From contig JAKAOA010000004.1 of the NCBI GenBank assembly GCA_021823405.1, forward strand, positions 1 through 53,914: 53,914 bases of DNA, given 5' to 3'. Numbering within the stretch: position 1 is the stretch's first letter; every line of letters starts with the position of its first letter. The notes under the pieces are model-generated. The model ran no database searches. It was not told the origin of the DNA and saw only the letters and a program-made list of their open reading frames with translations. Of this stretch, positions 28,440 to 39,138 are shown piece by piece. A program made the translations under genes and the position numbers. The stretch is from Bacteroidota bacterium. Lineage in GTDB: Bacteria; Bacteroidota; Bacteroidia; JABEUT01.

Positions 28440-29063
28440 ATGAAGCCGATTAAAAAACCTGAACCGACAGAGAGCGCGCGGCAAAAGATAATTGCCGCCG
28501 CTCGTTTGCTTTTCACAAAAAATGCATATACGGCGGTAAAGACCAGGGATATTGCAAAAGAAGCAGGCATCAATTTGGCGCTGTTGAATTATTATTTCGG
28601 CAGCAAGGAGAAGCTTTTTGAAATAGTAATGACTGAAAACATAGGACACTTTTTCAAAGATGTAACGCTTTTATTAAATGATGAACGGACAACTTTCTTT
28701 AGAAAAATTGAATTATTGGTTGACTTCTATATCACACGCCTCACAGATAATCCCGATTTGCCTCTGTTCGTTCTTATCCAGGCAAGGAACAGCGCAAAGA
28801 ATCTTCCAAACAAGGTACACCGACTGGGTTCTTCATTTTTCCTGAAACAGTATCGGGATGAGATGAAAGCGGGCAGGGCGGTAAAAATGGATGAAACCCA
28901 CCTGATGCTGAATCTTCTCGGATTATCGATATTTCCCTTTTCTGCACGGGCAATGGCAAAAAAAATCAGGAGTATTGATGATAAGGAATTCAATAAATTA
29001 ATGCAAGAGCGAAGGAAGCTGGTGCCGATATGGATGAAAGCAATGCTTGAAATTAAAAAGTAG
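28440..29063 (+). CDS. TetR/AcrR family regulator
   Basis: TRDIAKEAGINLALLNYYFGSKEKLF helix-turn-helix. Confidence 0.93.
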   Translation: MKPIKKPEPTESARQKIIAAARLLFTKNAYTAVKTRDIAKEAGINLALLNYYFGSKEKLFEIVMTENIGHFFKDVTLLLNDERTTFFRKIELLVDFYITRLTDNPDLPLFVLIQARNSAKNLPNKVHRLGSSFFLKQYRDEMKAGRAVKMDETHLMLNLLGLSIFPFSARAMAKKIRSIDDKEFNKLMQERRKLVPIWMKAMLEIKK

Positions 29064-29094
29064 ATTGAGTTAATCGTTATAAAAAGACAGGATT

Positions 29095-30435
29095 ATGAAA
29101 CTATTTAAAAATTGCCGCTTATTCCCCCTCATCGGGAGAATATTAATCCTTACCTCATTAAGTTCAGCGATGGCTGATGTTACGGTCTGTGCCCAACAAG
29201 CGAGTCAAAATCAACAGCCCGCAAAAAGCATTAGTTTGGAAGATTGTTATAAACTGGCGAGACAACAATATCCGCTTATTCAGCAGAGCGGGCTGATAGA
29301 TAAAACCAAGGACTTCAGCGTAGAGAATGCCAGCAGGGGCTATCTGCCTCAAGTAAGCTTTAATGGGCAAGGCACCTATCAGTCGGCAGTAACTCAAATA
29401 CCTACCGGGGGTCTTCCGAGACCATTTAATGAAATAAATTTTCCGGTGCTGCCTCTGACGGAATATAACATTCACGGAGAGGTTGACCAGACCATTTATG
29501 ACGGAGGGGTAATTAAACAAACAAAGCTATCCGATATAGCAAATGCTGATATGCAACGACAAAATCTTGAAGTACAATTATATACATTAAAAGAGAGGAT
29601 AAACCAGATTTATTTTGGAGTGCTATTAATGAATGAGCAGATAAAACAGAGCGAACTGACGCAAAAGGATATTCAAACCACAATAGATAAAACTAATGAA
29701 CTGATTAAAAACGGAATGGCTCTGCCAAGCGCTGTGGAAGAACTACAGGCAGAACTAATGCAGCAACAACAGAACGAAATTCAGATGGATGCTAACCGCA
29801 AAGCATATCTTGATATGCTCGGCGTTTTCATTAATATGAAACTGGATGAGAACACTACTCTGGAAGTACCGGCAAGCGTAGCGCCATCCGACAGCATTAC
29901 AAGACCTGAACTCTCCTTCTACGATTACCAGAAGAAAAGCTATGATGTTCAGGAAAAATTAATTAACGCCGGCGACCGTCCCAAACTCTCCTTTTTCTTT
30001 GAAGGCGGCAATGCACTGCCAGGCTTGAATCCGTTTTTAATTACTCCCGCTTGGTTCTATATAACCGGTTTCCGCCTAACCTGGTCGCTTGGAGGATACT
30101 ATACCCTGAAGAATCAAAAAAGTTTACTCGAAATTGACAAACAAACCTCCGACATACAGAAAGAAACTTTCCTGTTCGATACCCATATTACCATGAAACA
30201 GCAAAACTCCCAAATTGCAAATCTGCAAGCGCTGATTAATAAAGACAATGACATAATTGCTAAACGTACCGAAGTGAAGGATGCGGCTTATGCACAATTG
30301 CAGACAGGTACAATTACCGTACACGATTACATAAACCAACTTGATGCAGAAGACCTGGCGAAACAAAGTTTGCTGCTGCATCAGGTTCAATTATTACAAG
30401 CATTCTACGATTATCAAAACACGACAGGCAATTAA
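29095..30435 (+). CDS. TolC family outer membrane efflux protein
   Basis: Signal peptide, YLPQVSF, QTIYDGG, coiled coils, operon context. Confidence 0.9.
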   Translation: MKLFKNCRLFPLIGRILILTSLSSAMADVTVCAQQASQNQQPAKSISLEDCYKLARQQYPLIQQSGLIDKTKDFSVENASRGYLPQVSFNGQGTYQSAVTQIPTGGLPRPFNEINFPVLPLTEYNIHGEVDQTIYDGGVIKQTKLSDIANADMQRQNLEVQLYTLKERINQIYFGVLLMNEQIKQSELTQKDIQTTIDKTNELIKNGMALPSAVEELQAELMQQQQNEIQMDANRKAYLDMLGVFINMKLDENTTLEVPASVAPSDSITRPELSFYDYQKKSYDVQEKLINAGDRPKLSFFFEGGNALPGLNPFLITPAWFYITGFRLTWSLGGYYTLKNQKSLLEIDKQTSDIQKETFLFDTHITMKQQNSQIANLQALINKDNDIIAKRTEVKDAAYAQLQTGTITVHDYINQLDAEDLAKQSLLLHQVQLLQAFYDYQNTTGN

Positions 30436-30471
30436 ACAGAATATAGACGAATAGATAAAAAAACAAAAGTT

Positions 30472-31401
30472 ATGAACTCTGAAAAATCATTTACCGGATT
30501 AGCTTCTATTAAGCGTCTTACGGTTCTTATTACAGTAGCCGCTGCACTAACCTCATGCCATAACAGCGATGACGACTGGGATGCCGCAGGAGCATTTGAA
30601 TCAGTAGAGACGATAATTTCTACCGAAGCCAACGGGACTTTAATGGAATTTAATATAGAAGAGGGACAGACAAAAAAAGTCGGCGATTGGATAGGTTATG
30701 TGGATAGCGCACAGCTTTATTTTCATAAAAAGCAGCTCGAAGCGCAAATAGTTTCTACCATAAGCCAGGTACCCAATATACCGGTGCAGGTTGCCTCTCT
30801 GTATGCACAACTTTCCGATGCAGAGATAAACCAGAAGAGGATGGAGAGATTATTAAAGGCAGATGCGGCAACACAGCAGCAGTTAGATGATGCCAATACA
30901 CAAGTGGAAGTATTTAAGAAGCAGATTGACGCCCAAAAGTCGGCTCTTGGTATTACCACCGCCACGCTGGAAAAGGAAGTGGCGCCGCTTCAACGTCAGA
31001 TTGACCAGGTGGACGACCAACTGCAGAAATGTAAAATCATCAACCCGGTAAACGGCACAGTTCTAACAAAATATGCCGAAAACCATGAAGTAGTTACCGA
31101 AGGAAAAGCCCTATATAAGATCGCCCCTACCGATACCCTTATCCTGCGCGCTTATGTTACTGGCAACCAACTCGATATGATTAAACTCGGTCAGACGGTT
31201 ACAGTAAGAACGGATATGGGAGAAAATAAGTACAGGCATTATACCGGCGTTATATACTGGATATCTGACAAATCGGAGTTCACCCCGAAAACCATACCTA
31301 CCAAAGATGAGCGGGCAGACCTGGTATATGCGATAAAGGTGCGAGTTCCGAACGATGGTTACATAAAGATAGGAATGTACGGTGACGTAAAATTTCATTG
31401 A
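30472..31401 (+). CDS. HlyD family periplasmic adaptor (YbhG-like lipoprotein)
   Basis: Lipobox LTSC, INPVNGTV, SEFTPKTI, KIGMYG. Confidence 0.9.
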   Translation: MNSEKSFTGLASIKRLTVLITVAAALTSCHNSDDDWDAAGAFESVETIISTEANGTLMEFNIEEGQTKKVGDWIGYVDSAQLYFHKKQLEAQIVSTISQVPNIPVQVASLYAQLSDAEINQKRMERLLKADAATQQQLDDANTQVEVFKKQIDAQKSALGITTATLEKEVAPLQRQIDQVDDQLQKCKIINPVNGTVLTKYAENHEVVTEGKALYKIAPTDTLILRAYVTGNQLDMIKLGQTVTVRTDMGENKYRHYTGVIYWISDKSEFTPKTIPTKDERADLVYAIKVRVPNDGYIKIGMYGDVKFH

Positions 31402-31443
31402 GAATAATACCAACTAAATACCGGACAATCAAGTTATAAGCCA

Positions 31444-32382
31444 ATGAACGCCATAACCCTTGAACATATTACTAAAACATACAACAAAGGCGCAGTACTT
31501 GCTGTTGATGATGTGTCGTTTGCTGTAGAAAAAGGAGAAATGTTCGGTATTATCGGACCCGATGGCGCAGGGAAAACAAGCATTTTCAGAATTCTAACAA
31601 CACTTCTGCTCGCGGATAAAGGTACGGCAACGGTGGCAGGATATGATGTTATAAAAGATTTTCAAAAGATAAGGGGAATAATCGGTTACATGCCCGGTAG
31701 ATTCTCTTTATATCAGGACCTCACTGTTGAAGAGAATCTGAATTTTTTTGCTACCGTCTTCGGAACATCTATTGACGAAAATTACGACCAGATAAAAGAT
31801 ATATATGTAATGCTTGAGCCGTTTAAAGACAGACGCGCAGGAAAATTGTCGGGTGGTATGAAACAAAAACTGGCGCTATGCTGCGCCCTTATACATAAAC
31901 CGGAGGTACTTTTTCTAGACGAACCTACCACAGGCGTTGATGTTGTATCGAGAAGAGAATTCTGGGATATTCTAAAACGGCTGAAAGCTGAAGGAATTAC
32001 AATTTTGGTCTCCACATCATATATGGACGAGGCAACGCTATGTGACCGGATCGCCTTAATGCTTGGAGGTAAGATATTGTCTTCCGATACTCCGGAGAGA
32101 GTAATTAAATCATATCCTGAAAAACTTTTCGCGGTGAAATCATCCACCATGCACGCACTGCTTAAGGATTTACGTGCGAACGAGAATGTAGTGCAATGCT
32201 ATGCTGCAGGCGAGTACATACATTTTACTCTAAAAGAAGCCGGAGAAGCGAACGAAAATATATTGTTGAAATTTCTGCGCGATAAGCACGAGAAAGATTT
32301 AATATTCACTGAAACCGTTCCCACAGTGGAAGATTGCTTTATACGATTATTAGGAAAACAAGATGGAGGAGCCGGTAATTAG
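31444..32382 (+). CDS. ABC transporter ATP-binding protein
   Basis: GPDGAGKT, LSGGMKQK, LDEPTTGVD. Confidence 0.94.
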   Translation: MNAITLEHITKTYNKGAVLAVDDVSFAVEKGEMFGIIGPDGAGKTSIFRILTTLLLADKGTATVAGYDVIKDFQKIRGIIGYMPGRFSLYQDLTVEENLNFFATVFGTSIDENYDQIKDIYVMLEPFKDRRAGKLSGGMKQKLALCCALIHKPEVLFLDEPTTGVDVVSRREFWDILKRLKAEGITILVSTSYMDEATLCDRIALMLGGKILSSDTPERVIKSYPEKLFAVKSSTMHALLKDLRANENVVQCYAAGEYIHFTLKEAGEANENILLKFLRDKHEKDLIFTETVPTVEDCFIRLLGKQDGGAGN

Positions 32383-33106
32383 AACAAAAGAACTGACAAA
32401 GCGCTTTGGCGATTTTGTAGCTGTGGACCGAATCACCTTCGATGTTCATAAAGGCGAGATATTCGGATTCCTCGGGGCGAACGGAGCAGGAAAAACAACC
32501 GCTATGCGCATGCTTTGCGGGCTATCTATACCAACATCAGGCGAAGCGATGGTGGCGGGTATTGATGTTTATCATCATCCTGAACAAGTAAAACGGAGCA
32601 TTGGATACATGAGCCAGAAGTTTTCTTTATACGAAGACCTGACCGTACTGGAAAACATCAGGTTTTATGCCGGAATTTATGGACTGACCGATAAACAGAT
32701 AAAAAACAAGAGCGAAGAATTGATTGAAAAACTAGGTCTACAGAAGCAAGCTAAAGTACTGGTTGCAAGCTTGCCGCTCGGTTGGCGACAGAAACTCGCA
32801 TTTTCGGTAGCCATAGTTCACCAGCCGAAAGTTGTTTTTTTAGACGAACCCACCGGCGGAGTTGACCCCTCAATGCGAAAGCAGTTCTGGGATATGATAT
32901 ACGATGCCTCGGCAGACGGGATTACAATTTTCGTAACCACCCACTATCTGGATGAGGCGGAATATTGTGACAGAATCTGCATTATGGTTGACGGGCGGAT
33001 TAAGGCGCTGGACACCCCGTTCTTACTGAAGAAAAATTATGGCGTGGATAATATAACGGAAGTTTTTTACCGGCTGGCGAGAACGGCGCAACGGTCGGGA
33101 GATTGA
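32363..33106 (+). CDS. ABC transporter ATP-binding protein
   Basis: GANGAGKT, LPLGWRQK, LDEPTGGVD, TTHYLDEAE. Confidence 0.94.
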   Translation: MEEPVIRTKELTKRFGDFVAVDRITFDVHKGEIFGFLGANGAGKTTAMRMLCGLSIPTSGEAMVAGIDVYHHPEQVKRSIGYMSQKFSLYEDLTVLENIRFYAGIYGLTDKQIKNKSEELIEKLGLQKQAKVLVASLPLGWRQKLAFSVAIVHQPKVVFLDEPTGGVDPSMRKQFWDMIYDASADGITIFVTTHYLDEAEYCDRICIMVDGRIKALDTPFLLKKNYGVDNITEVFYRLARTAQRSGD

Positions 33107-33144
33107 TTCAACGATTTAAAGCGGAAACGAATAACAAAAATATA

Positions 33145-34251
33145 ATGAAAGAGTTTTTAGCATTTATAACAAAAGAATTTGCCCACGTTTTCCGCGACAG
33201 AAAGACCTTGCTCATGCTGTTCGGCGTTCCTATTGTTCAGATAATACTTTTCGGTTTTGCGCTTACAAATGAAATAAAGGACTCGAATATTGTAATTGTA
33301 GACAATGCCAAAGATATAGCTACACAGCAGATTATTACAAAAATTGCTTCTACCGACTATTTCAAAATAAAAGGAAACCTTGCAAGCGCCGATGAGATAG
33401 ACAAGGCATTCAAGTCGGGCGACATTAAGTTAGCCATTGTTTTCCCTGTTAATTTCTATACCGACCTGTTACATACAAATAAGGCGCAGGTGCAGATAAT
33501 CGCCGATGCATCGGACCCTAATACGGCAACCACCCTTACTGAATATGTAAAGGGAATAATAGCCGATTACCAGTCGCAACTCTCCGAAACTATGCAGACC
33601 CCCGAACAGATTATTACAAATACCAGAATGCTGTATAACCCCGATCTGAAAGGCGCACCCAATTTTGTACCCGGAGTAATTGCAATGGTAATGCTGCTCG
33701 TATGCGTAATGATGACGTCTATTTCTATTGTTCGCGAAAAAGAGCTGGGCACCATGGAAGTTTTGCTTGTATCTCCATTCAAGCCCATTCTTGTAATCCT
33801 TGCCAAAGCAGTTCCTTACCTTGTAGTTTCCCTTTTGAACCTTACTGTAATACTTTTACTTAGCGTTTATCTGCTCGACCTGCCTATTAAAGGAAACTTG
33901 CTGTTGCTTTATTCTGTAAGCACGCTTTATATTATAACAAGCCTTGCACTAGGATTATTAGTATCCACAGGAGCTAAAACCCAGCAAGGCGCAATGACGC
34001 TGTCACTCGTAGGAATGATGCTGCCAACCATGATGCTTAGCGGCTATATCTATCCGATAGAAAATATGCCGTGGATTCTTCGGTTCATCTCGAACGCAGT
34101 TCCGGCAAAATGGTATTATATAATTGTAAAAGCAGTAATGTTAAAAGGATTAAGTTTTAGTTTTATTTGGCGGGAGACGCTCATACTTTTCGGAATGACG
34201 CTTGTATTTCTCTTTCTTAGTATGCGTAATTTTAAAATAAGGTTGGAATGA
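33145..34251 (+). CDS. ABC-2 type permease (YbhS-like)
   Basis: KEFAHVFRD, YNPDL, IVREKELGTME, YPIENMP. Confidence 0.9.
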   Translation: MKEFLAFITKEFAHVFRDRKTLLMLFGVPIVQIILFGFALTNEIKDSNIVIVDNAKDIATQQIITKIASTDYFKIKGNLASADEIDKAFKSGDIKLAIVFPVNFYTDLLHTNKAQVQIIADASDPNTATTLTEYVKGIIADYQSQLSETMQTPEQIITNTRMLYNPDLKGAPNFVPGVIAMVMLLVCVMMTSISIVREKELGTMEVLLVSPFKPILVILAKAVPYLVVSLLNLTVILLLSVYLLDLPIKGNLLLLYSVSTLYIITSLALGLLVSTGAKTQQGAMTLSLVGMMLPTMMLSGYIYPIENMPWILRFISNAVPAKWYYIIVKAVMLKGLSFSFIWRETLILFGMTLVFLFLSMRNFKIRLE

Positions 34252-35366
34252 GAACGCTTAAGTTTTTACTGCAAAAAGAGTTCAAGCAGATATTCCGTGA
34301 CTCGAATCTGCTGCGGATGATGTTTATGACGCCAATCATCCAGCTGATTATTTTGCCGCAAGCAGCCAACTTCACCATCCGAAATATCAATATCGCATTT
34401 GTTGATTTGGATCATTCCGCATATTCCCAGCGATTCGTTAATAAAGTACTTTCATCGGGATATTTTCAGCTTGCGGGTATAGAACCAAGTTATCAAGGCG
34501 CCTATAAACTTATTGAAAAAGACAAGGCAGATATTGTGGTAGAAATTCCAAAGGATTTTGAAAGTAAACTGAATACCGAAGAAAACCAGAAACTTTCAGT
34601 GTCAGTGAATGCGATAAACGGCGTTAAAGCGGCAGTAGGCAGCGGATATCTGACCAATATTATTCAGGATTTTAATCGGAATATTCAACTGGACTGGATA
34701 CAACCCTCGGCCATGAACCCGATGCCCGAAGTAGATGTGGTCTCTTCCAACTGGTACAATCCGACTCTATCCTATTACCTCTTCATGGTTCCCGGCATAT
34801 TGGTATTATTGGTTACCCTTGTTGGCGGAAACATGACCGCGCAGAATATAGTTCGCGAAAAGGAAATCGGAACCATTGAGCAAATTAATGTAACCCCTTT
34901 GAAAAAATACCACTTCATTCTCGGAAAGCTTATTCCCTTCTGGATATTAGGGGTTATTGTATTCACCATAGGGTTGATTATCGCGCGGATTCTTTACGGC
35001 ATCATACCGCTGGGAAGCGTTGCCCTGTTATACTTCTTTGTGTCGGTTTACCTTATAGCTATAATGGGTTTCGGGCTGCTTATTTCCACTTATTCCGATA
35101 CACCGTTGCAGGCGCACTCGCTAACCTTCTTCTTTGTCCAGATTTTCAACATGATGAGCGGCCTGTTCACCCCTATCGACAGCATGCCCGGCTGGGCGAA
35201 GCTCATAACGGATATTATACCTGTTTCCTATTTTATTGAAGTAATGAGAATGATTGTGATAAAAGGAAGCCGGTTTCACGACATCATTCCTCATCTTATA
35301 GCGGTATCAATAATGGGTATAGTGTTAAATGGCTGGGCTATACTTAACTACCGGAAAACGACTTGA
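34248..35366 (+). CDS. ABC-2 type permease (YbhR-like)
   Basis: KEFKQIFRD, WYNP, IVREKEIGTIEQ, TPIDSMP. Confidence 0.9.
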   Translation: MRTLKFLLQKEFKQIFRDSNLLRMMFMTPIIQLIILPQAANFTIRNINIAFVDLDHSAYSQRFVNKVLSSGYFQLAGIEPSYQGAYKLIEKDKADIVVEIPKDFESKLNTEENQKLSVSVNAINGVKAAVGSGYLTNIIQDFNRNIQLDWIQPSAMNPMPEVDVVSSNWYNPTLSYYLFMVPGILVLLVTLVGGNMTAQNIVREKEIGTIEQINVTPLKKYHFILGKLIPFWILGVIVFTIGLIIARILYGIIPLGSVALLYFFVSVYLIAIMGFGLLISTYSDTPLQAHSLTFFFVQIFNMMSGLFTPIDSMPGWAKLITDIIPVSYFIEVMRMIVIKGSRFHDIIPHLIAVSIMGIVLNGWAILNYRKTT

Positions 35367-35373
35367 ACCGCCG

Positions 35374-36894
35374 TTATTTCAGAAAATGTTGAATAAACCT
35401 TAAAAGATCCTTTTTGTAAACCGGATGTTCGTTGCCGATTATTTCTACAGCAAGTGCGCCGACACAGTTGCCTATAAAACAGAGCGCCTCCGGAGCAATA
35501 CGGTTATATGCGCAGAGCGCAGTTATGGCTAACACAGCATCGCCGGCTCCAACAGAATCTTTAACGGTTCTGGCAAAGGCAGGGGCTTTATAAAACTTAT
35601 TTCTGTTGTAGAGTACGGAACCTTCCTGTCCAAGTGTAATTTGTATCTGTTCCGATTTTACAACCTTTTTCAGCTTCTTTACCAATGTTTCCACATCGGC
35701 GTAATTATCGCCGAACGGCAGGCGCAATTCCTTTTCATCAATTGATATATAGTTGGCTTTCTTGTACTTTGTAATGTAGTTGAACCCATAGTTATTACTG
35801 TTTGTCTGGGCATTCACAGCAATATATTTAGCTGAAGATTCAATGGTTTTTATTATTGCGGGAGTAATAAATCCGTGTCCAAAGTCAGCTACAAGCGTCA
35901 GGTCATATTTCGGTATTTCGGTCTTTAGGTAACTAATAACTTCTTCTTCAAGTTTTGCATTTATGTTGCGGTCGTTCATAAATGTAACTTCAAAAAGCTT
36001 GATGTTCATGTATTTATCAATATATCTTCTTTTAGTATTGGTTGGACCATCATCACGGACAAAAAGGTGCGAATCGACTCCTTTTGAAAGCGTTCTGCCG
36101 ATGAGCTCTTTCTGAAGATTTTTCTTTCCCAAACATGTAATAAGTTTCACCTCACCGGCAAATTGTTCCAGGTGGTTTGCCACGGCAAGAACCCCTCCGG
36201 CAAACACTTCTTCGCGCAGATAAATGCTTGAAATGGTGGGTGACTTTGACGATTTACCGAGAGGCGAACAATAATGATATTCGTCTATAATGGTATCGCC
36301 TATTACCAGAATTTTAAGTTTATTCAGTTTTTCTATTTGAGCAATAAATTCATTGGCAGAATAGCTTTTCTTGAGCCGGGTGATAAACTCACGGGTATTA
36401 GAGCTGTGAGGGCTGAAGAAGGCATTTATAAGGCGGGATGAAGAGAAGGTAATTTCTTCGGTAAAATAAAGTTTTCCGCCTACGCTTTTTACGGCATTTT
36501 CCTCATCATAAATACCCTTGGTTATGTCCTTTTCTTTTTCTTTATAATCCTGCCCTTTAATATAGTAATCCGGTTTAATAAGTTTTATTGTTTCGGTAGC
36601 GGTAGCCCAATGGTTTAAGGCAACGTAATCCACAGAGTCCAGAGCGGCTATGGATTCCATTCGCAACTGTTCGGGAAAAACAGGTCTGCCGGGACCTTTA
36701 TTTACAAAACGGTCGGGTGTAATGGTAACTATTAAAATATCAACTACCTCTTTGGCGGCCTCAAAGTGTTTTATATGACCAGGATGCAGCAAATCGAAAC
36801 AGCCGTGACACTGCCCGATGGTTTTGCCCTGTTTTTTCAGTTTTTTGCAGATTTCCGCAAGCTCTTCGAGGGATACTATTTTGCTCTTTTTCAT
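35374..36894 (-). CDS. Bifunctional nucleotidyltransferase / PfkB sugar kinase (HldE-like, reversed domain order)
   Basis: N-terminal HGCFDLLHPGH and KGPGRP; C-terminal VIGDTIIDEY, DFGHG and DSVGAGD. Confidence 0.85.
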   Translation of the reverse strand: MKKSKIVSLEELAEICKKLKKQGKTIGQCHGCFDLLHPGHIKHFEAAKEVVDILIVTITPDRFVNKGPGRPVFPEQLRMESIAALDSVDYVALNHWATATETIKLIKPDYYIKGQDYKEKEKDITKGIYDEENAVKSVGGKLYFTEEITFSSSRLINAFFSPHSSNTREFITRLKKSYSANEFIAQIEKLNKLKILVIGDTIIDEYHYCSPLGKSSKSPTISSIYLREEVFAGGVLAVANHLEQFAGEVKLITCLGKKNLQKELIGRTLSKGVDSHLFVRDDGPTNTKRRYIDKYMNIKLFEVTFMNDRNINAKLEEEVISYLKTEIPKYDLTLVADFGHGFITPAIIKTIESSAKYIAVNAQTNSNNYGFNYITKYKKANYISIDEKELRLPFGDNYADVETLVKKLKKVVKSEQIQITLGQEGSVLYNRNKFYKAPAFARTVKDSVGAGDAVLAITALCAYNRIAPEALCFIGNCVGALAVEIIGNEHPVYKKDLLRFIQHFLK

Positions 36895-36963
36895 ATTTGA
36901 GTCCGACAAAGGTAAAAAAGTTTGCCGCTATATCTCATGATGTTGTAAGTCGCCGGATGACCG

Positions 36964-37953
36964 TTACTTACCCAAATACTTGAACCAATCCGCCGTCGCC
37001 TTGGCTATAGTTCCGGGTTCCCACAGTGGTGCGTCTCGCCAGTAATCCATATTGGCGAGCATTATCTTAACGCCTTCTTCAAAGGTTACTTTCGGCTTCC
37101 AAGCGGTTTTTCTTAAAATCTTGCTTGTATCGGCGAAGGTGCAATCGGGTTCGCCCGGGCGCTTAGGTATGTAGGTAACGGTTCCGCCAAGAAGCTCTAC
37201 CAGACGGTTTATACTATAGGTGTTTCCGCTTCCTACATTCATAATCTCACCGGCGCAGTCATTGTTGTAAGCTGTGGTAATACAGGCATTTACTATATCG
37301 GTTACATAAGTGAAATCGCGCGTTTGTTTTCCGTCTCCAACAACGGTATACGGTCTTCCGTTTATTTTTTGAGCGAGAAAAACACCGAATACGGCACCAT
37401 AAGTGCCTGATGTTCTTGCTCTGGGACCATAAACATTAAAAAATCGAAGAGAGGTAACGTTCAACCCGTACACTTTGTTCCAGTGCATGCAGTATTCTTC
37501 ACCCAAGTATTTTGTCAGGGCATAAGGATACTGTGGCGAGATGGCTTCATTTTCAGGGGTGGGATATTTTGCGGGTATACCGTAACAAGAGGAGGATGCG
37601 GCGTAGATTACGCGATGTACTTTATGGCGCCGGCATGCTTCGAGCACGCTTATTGTACCGTTCACATTTGAGTGATGATAGCGCATCGGGTGTTCAATGG
37701 AGGGTACTATGTCTGCCAGCGCTGCAAGATGAAATACCATTTCCGTATCCTTAAAGATGGGTAAAATGGCATCGTTATCGGCAATATCGGCGTTATGAAA
37801 TTTAACTTTTGAATTGTTCTTGTGATGTTCAATATTCCTTAATGAACCGCTGCTCAAATTATCTATTATTGTCACATTACAACCATCCTCGACCAGTCGG
37901 TCAACCAGATGGCTTCCGATAAAACCGCATCCGCCGGTTACTATTGCGTTCAT
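36964..37953 (-). CDS. NAD-dependent nucleotide-sugar epimerase/dehydratase
   Basis: TGGCGFIG, ASSSCYG, YALTK, RFFNVYG, TRDFTYV. Confidence 0.9.
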   Translation of the reverse strand: MNAIVTGGCGFIGSHLVDRLVEDGCNVTIIDNLSSGSLRNIEHHKNNSKVKFHNADIADNDAILPIFKDTEMVFHLAALADIVPSIEHPMRYHHSNVNGTISVLEACRRHKVHRVIYAASSSCYGIPAKYPTPENEAISPQYPYALTKYLGEEYCMHWNKVYGLNVTSLRFFNVYGPRARTSGTYGAVFGVFLAQKINGRPYTVVGDGKQTRDFTYVTDIVNACITTAYNNDCAGEIMNVGSGNTYSINRLVELLGGTVTYIPKRPGEPDCTFADTSKILRKTAWKPKVTFEEGVKIMLANMDYWRDAPLWEPGTIAKATADWFKYLGK

Positions 37954-39062
37954 TTCAAATTATCTGATTTAAAAAATTCCTTTATTGTACGGACTATATA
38001 AGTTACCTCATCGTTAGTAAGTTCAGGATATACCGGAATGCTTAATATCGTCTCCGACTGCTTTTCGGTTATCGGGAAGTCACCTTTTTTATAGTTCAGG
38101 TATTTAGCCGCTTGTTGCAGATGGATGGGTATCGGATAATGAATTTTGGTTTCAATTCCTTTTCCAGCAAGATATTCCTTAAGCTGATTGCGTTGATCGG
38201 TTTGGATGATGTAAGTGTGATAAACCGATTTTTCGTATTTTTTCTCAACCGGGAGTATCAAATTCAAAGAATTGAGTTCCTTGTGATATAGTTTGGCAAT
38301 TTCCCGTCTTTTGATAGTCGAATTATCTAAATACCTCATTTTTATATTCAGTAATGCAGCTTGAAGGTTGTCGAGGCGTGAATTAAATCCCCAGAATTCA
38401 CATTCGTCCCTGTTCTTTAATCCATGATTACGCGCCTTAAGCAGATAGCGGTAAATCTTTTCATCGTTGGTGGTTATTACACCGCCATCACCTGAAGCGG
38501 CGAGATTTTTCAGAGGGTGAAGGCTGAAACAGCCGGTAATTCCAAAGCCGCCTACTTTTTTACCTTTATATTCGGCGCCTACCGCTTGAGCGCAATCTTC
38601 TATAACTGCTATACCGCGTTTTTTGGCAATTTCAAGCAACTCATCCATAGAAGCCGGACGTCCGGTAAGGTGCACGGCTATTATAGCTTTTGTTCTGGGG
38701 GTAATGGCATTTTCAACTTTGTCAGGGTCAAGGTTAAAGTCCTCCTTAACATCGGCGAATACAGGGACGGCCCCGGTGAGGGCTATTGAAGAAGCGGAGG
38801 CAAGAAACGAATTAGGCGCAGTTATCACTTCATCTCCTTCTTTTATCCCTAAAGATTTTAAAGAAAGTATAAGCGCATCGGTTCCATTGGCTACACCTAA
38901 AGAATATCTGGTTTGGCACAATTCGGCGAATGATTTTTCAAATTTATCAACTTCCTCACCGAGTATGAATTGTCCGCTTCCCAACACCCTTTCGGCAGCG
39001 TTAAGCAATTCCTTCATAATGTTGGCTTGCTGCAATCCGAGATTAATATAAGGAACTTTCAT
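37950..39062 (-). CDS. DegT/DnrJ/EryC1/StrS sugar aminotransferase
   Basis: NGTDAL, IEDCAQA, SLHPLKNL (PLP lysine), GDGG, NSRLD. Confidence 0.92.
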   Translation of the reverse strand: MKVPYINLGLQQANIMKELLNAAERVLGSGQFILGEEVDKFEKSFAELCQTRYSLGVANGTDALILSLKSLGIKEGDEVITAPNSFLASASSIALTGAVPVFADVKEDFNLDPDKVENAITPRTKAIIAVHLTGRPASMDELLEIAKKRGIAVIEDCAQAVGAEYKGKKVGGFGITGCFSLHPLKNLAASGDGGVITTNDEKIYRYLLKARNHGLKNRDECEFWGFNSRLDNLQAALLNIKMRYLDNSTIKRREIAKLYHKELNSLNLILPVEKKYEKSVYHTYIIQTDQRNQLKEYLAGKGIETKIHYPIPIHLQQAAKYLNYKKGDFPITEKQSETILSIPVYPELTNDEVTYIVRTIKEFFKSDNLK

Positions 39063-39138
39063 TAGGTAGGATTGATTTGCGGATAACCAATGAGTTTGGC
39101 ACGCGATGTCACCTGATGTGAGGTTTTGATATTTTTGA

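Noticed and set aside
31444-33106. Frameshifted single double-domain ABC ATPase
   Set aside because: Both ORFs have their own start and complete Walker motifs, and the two-gene arrangement is normal for this operon type.
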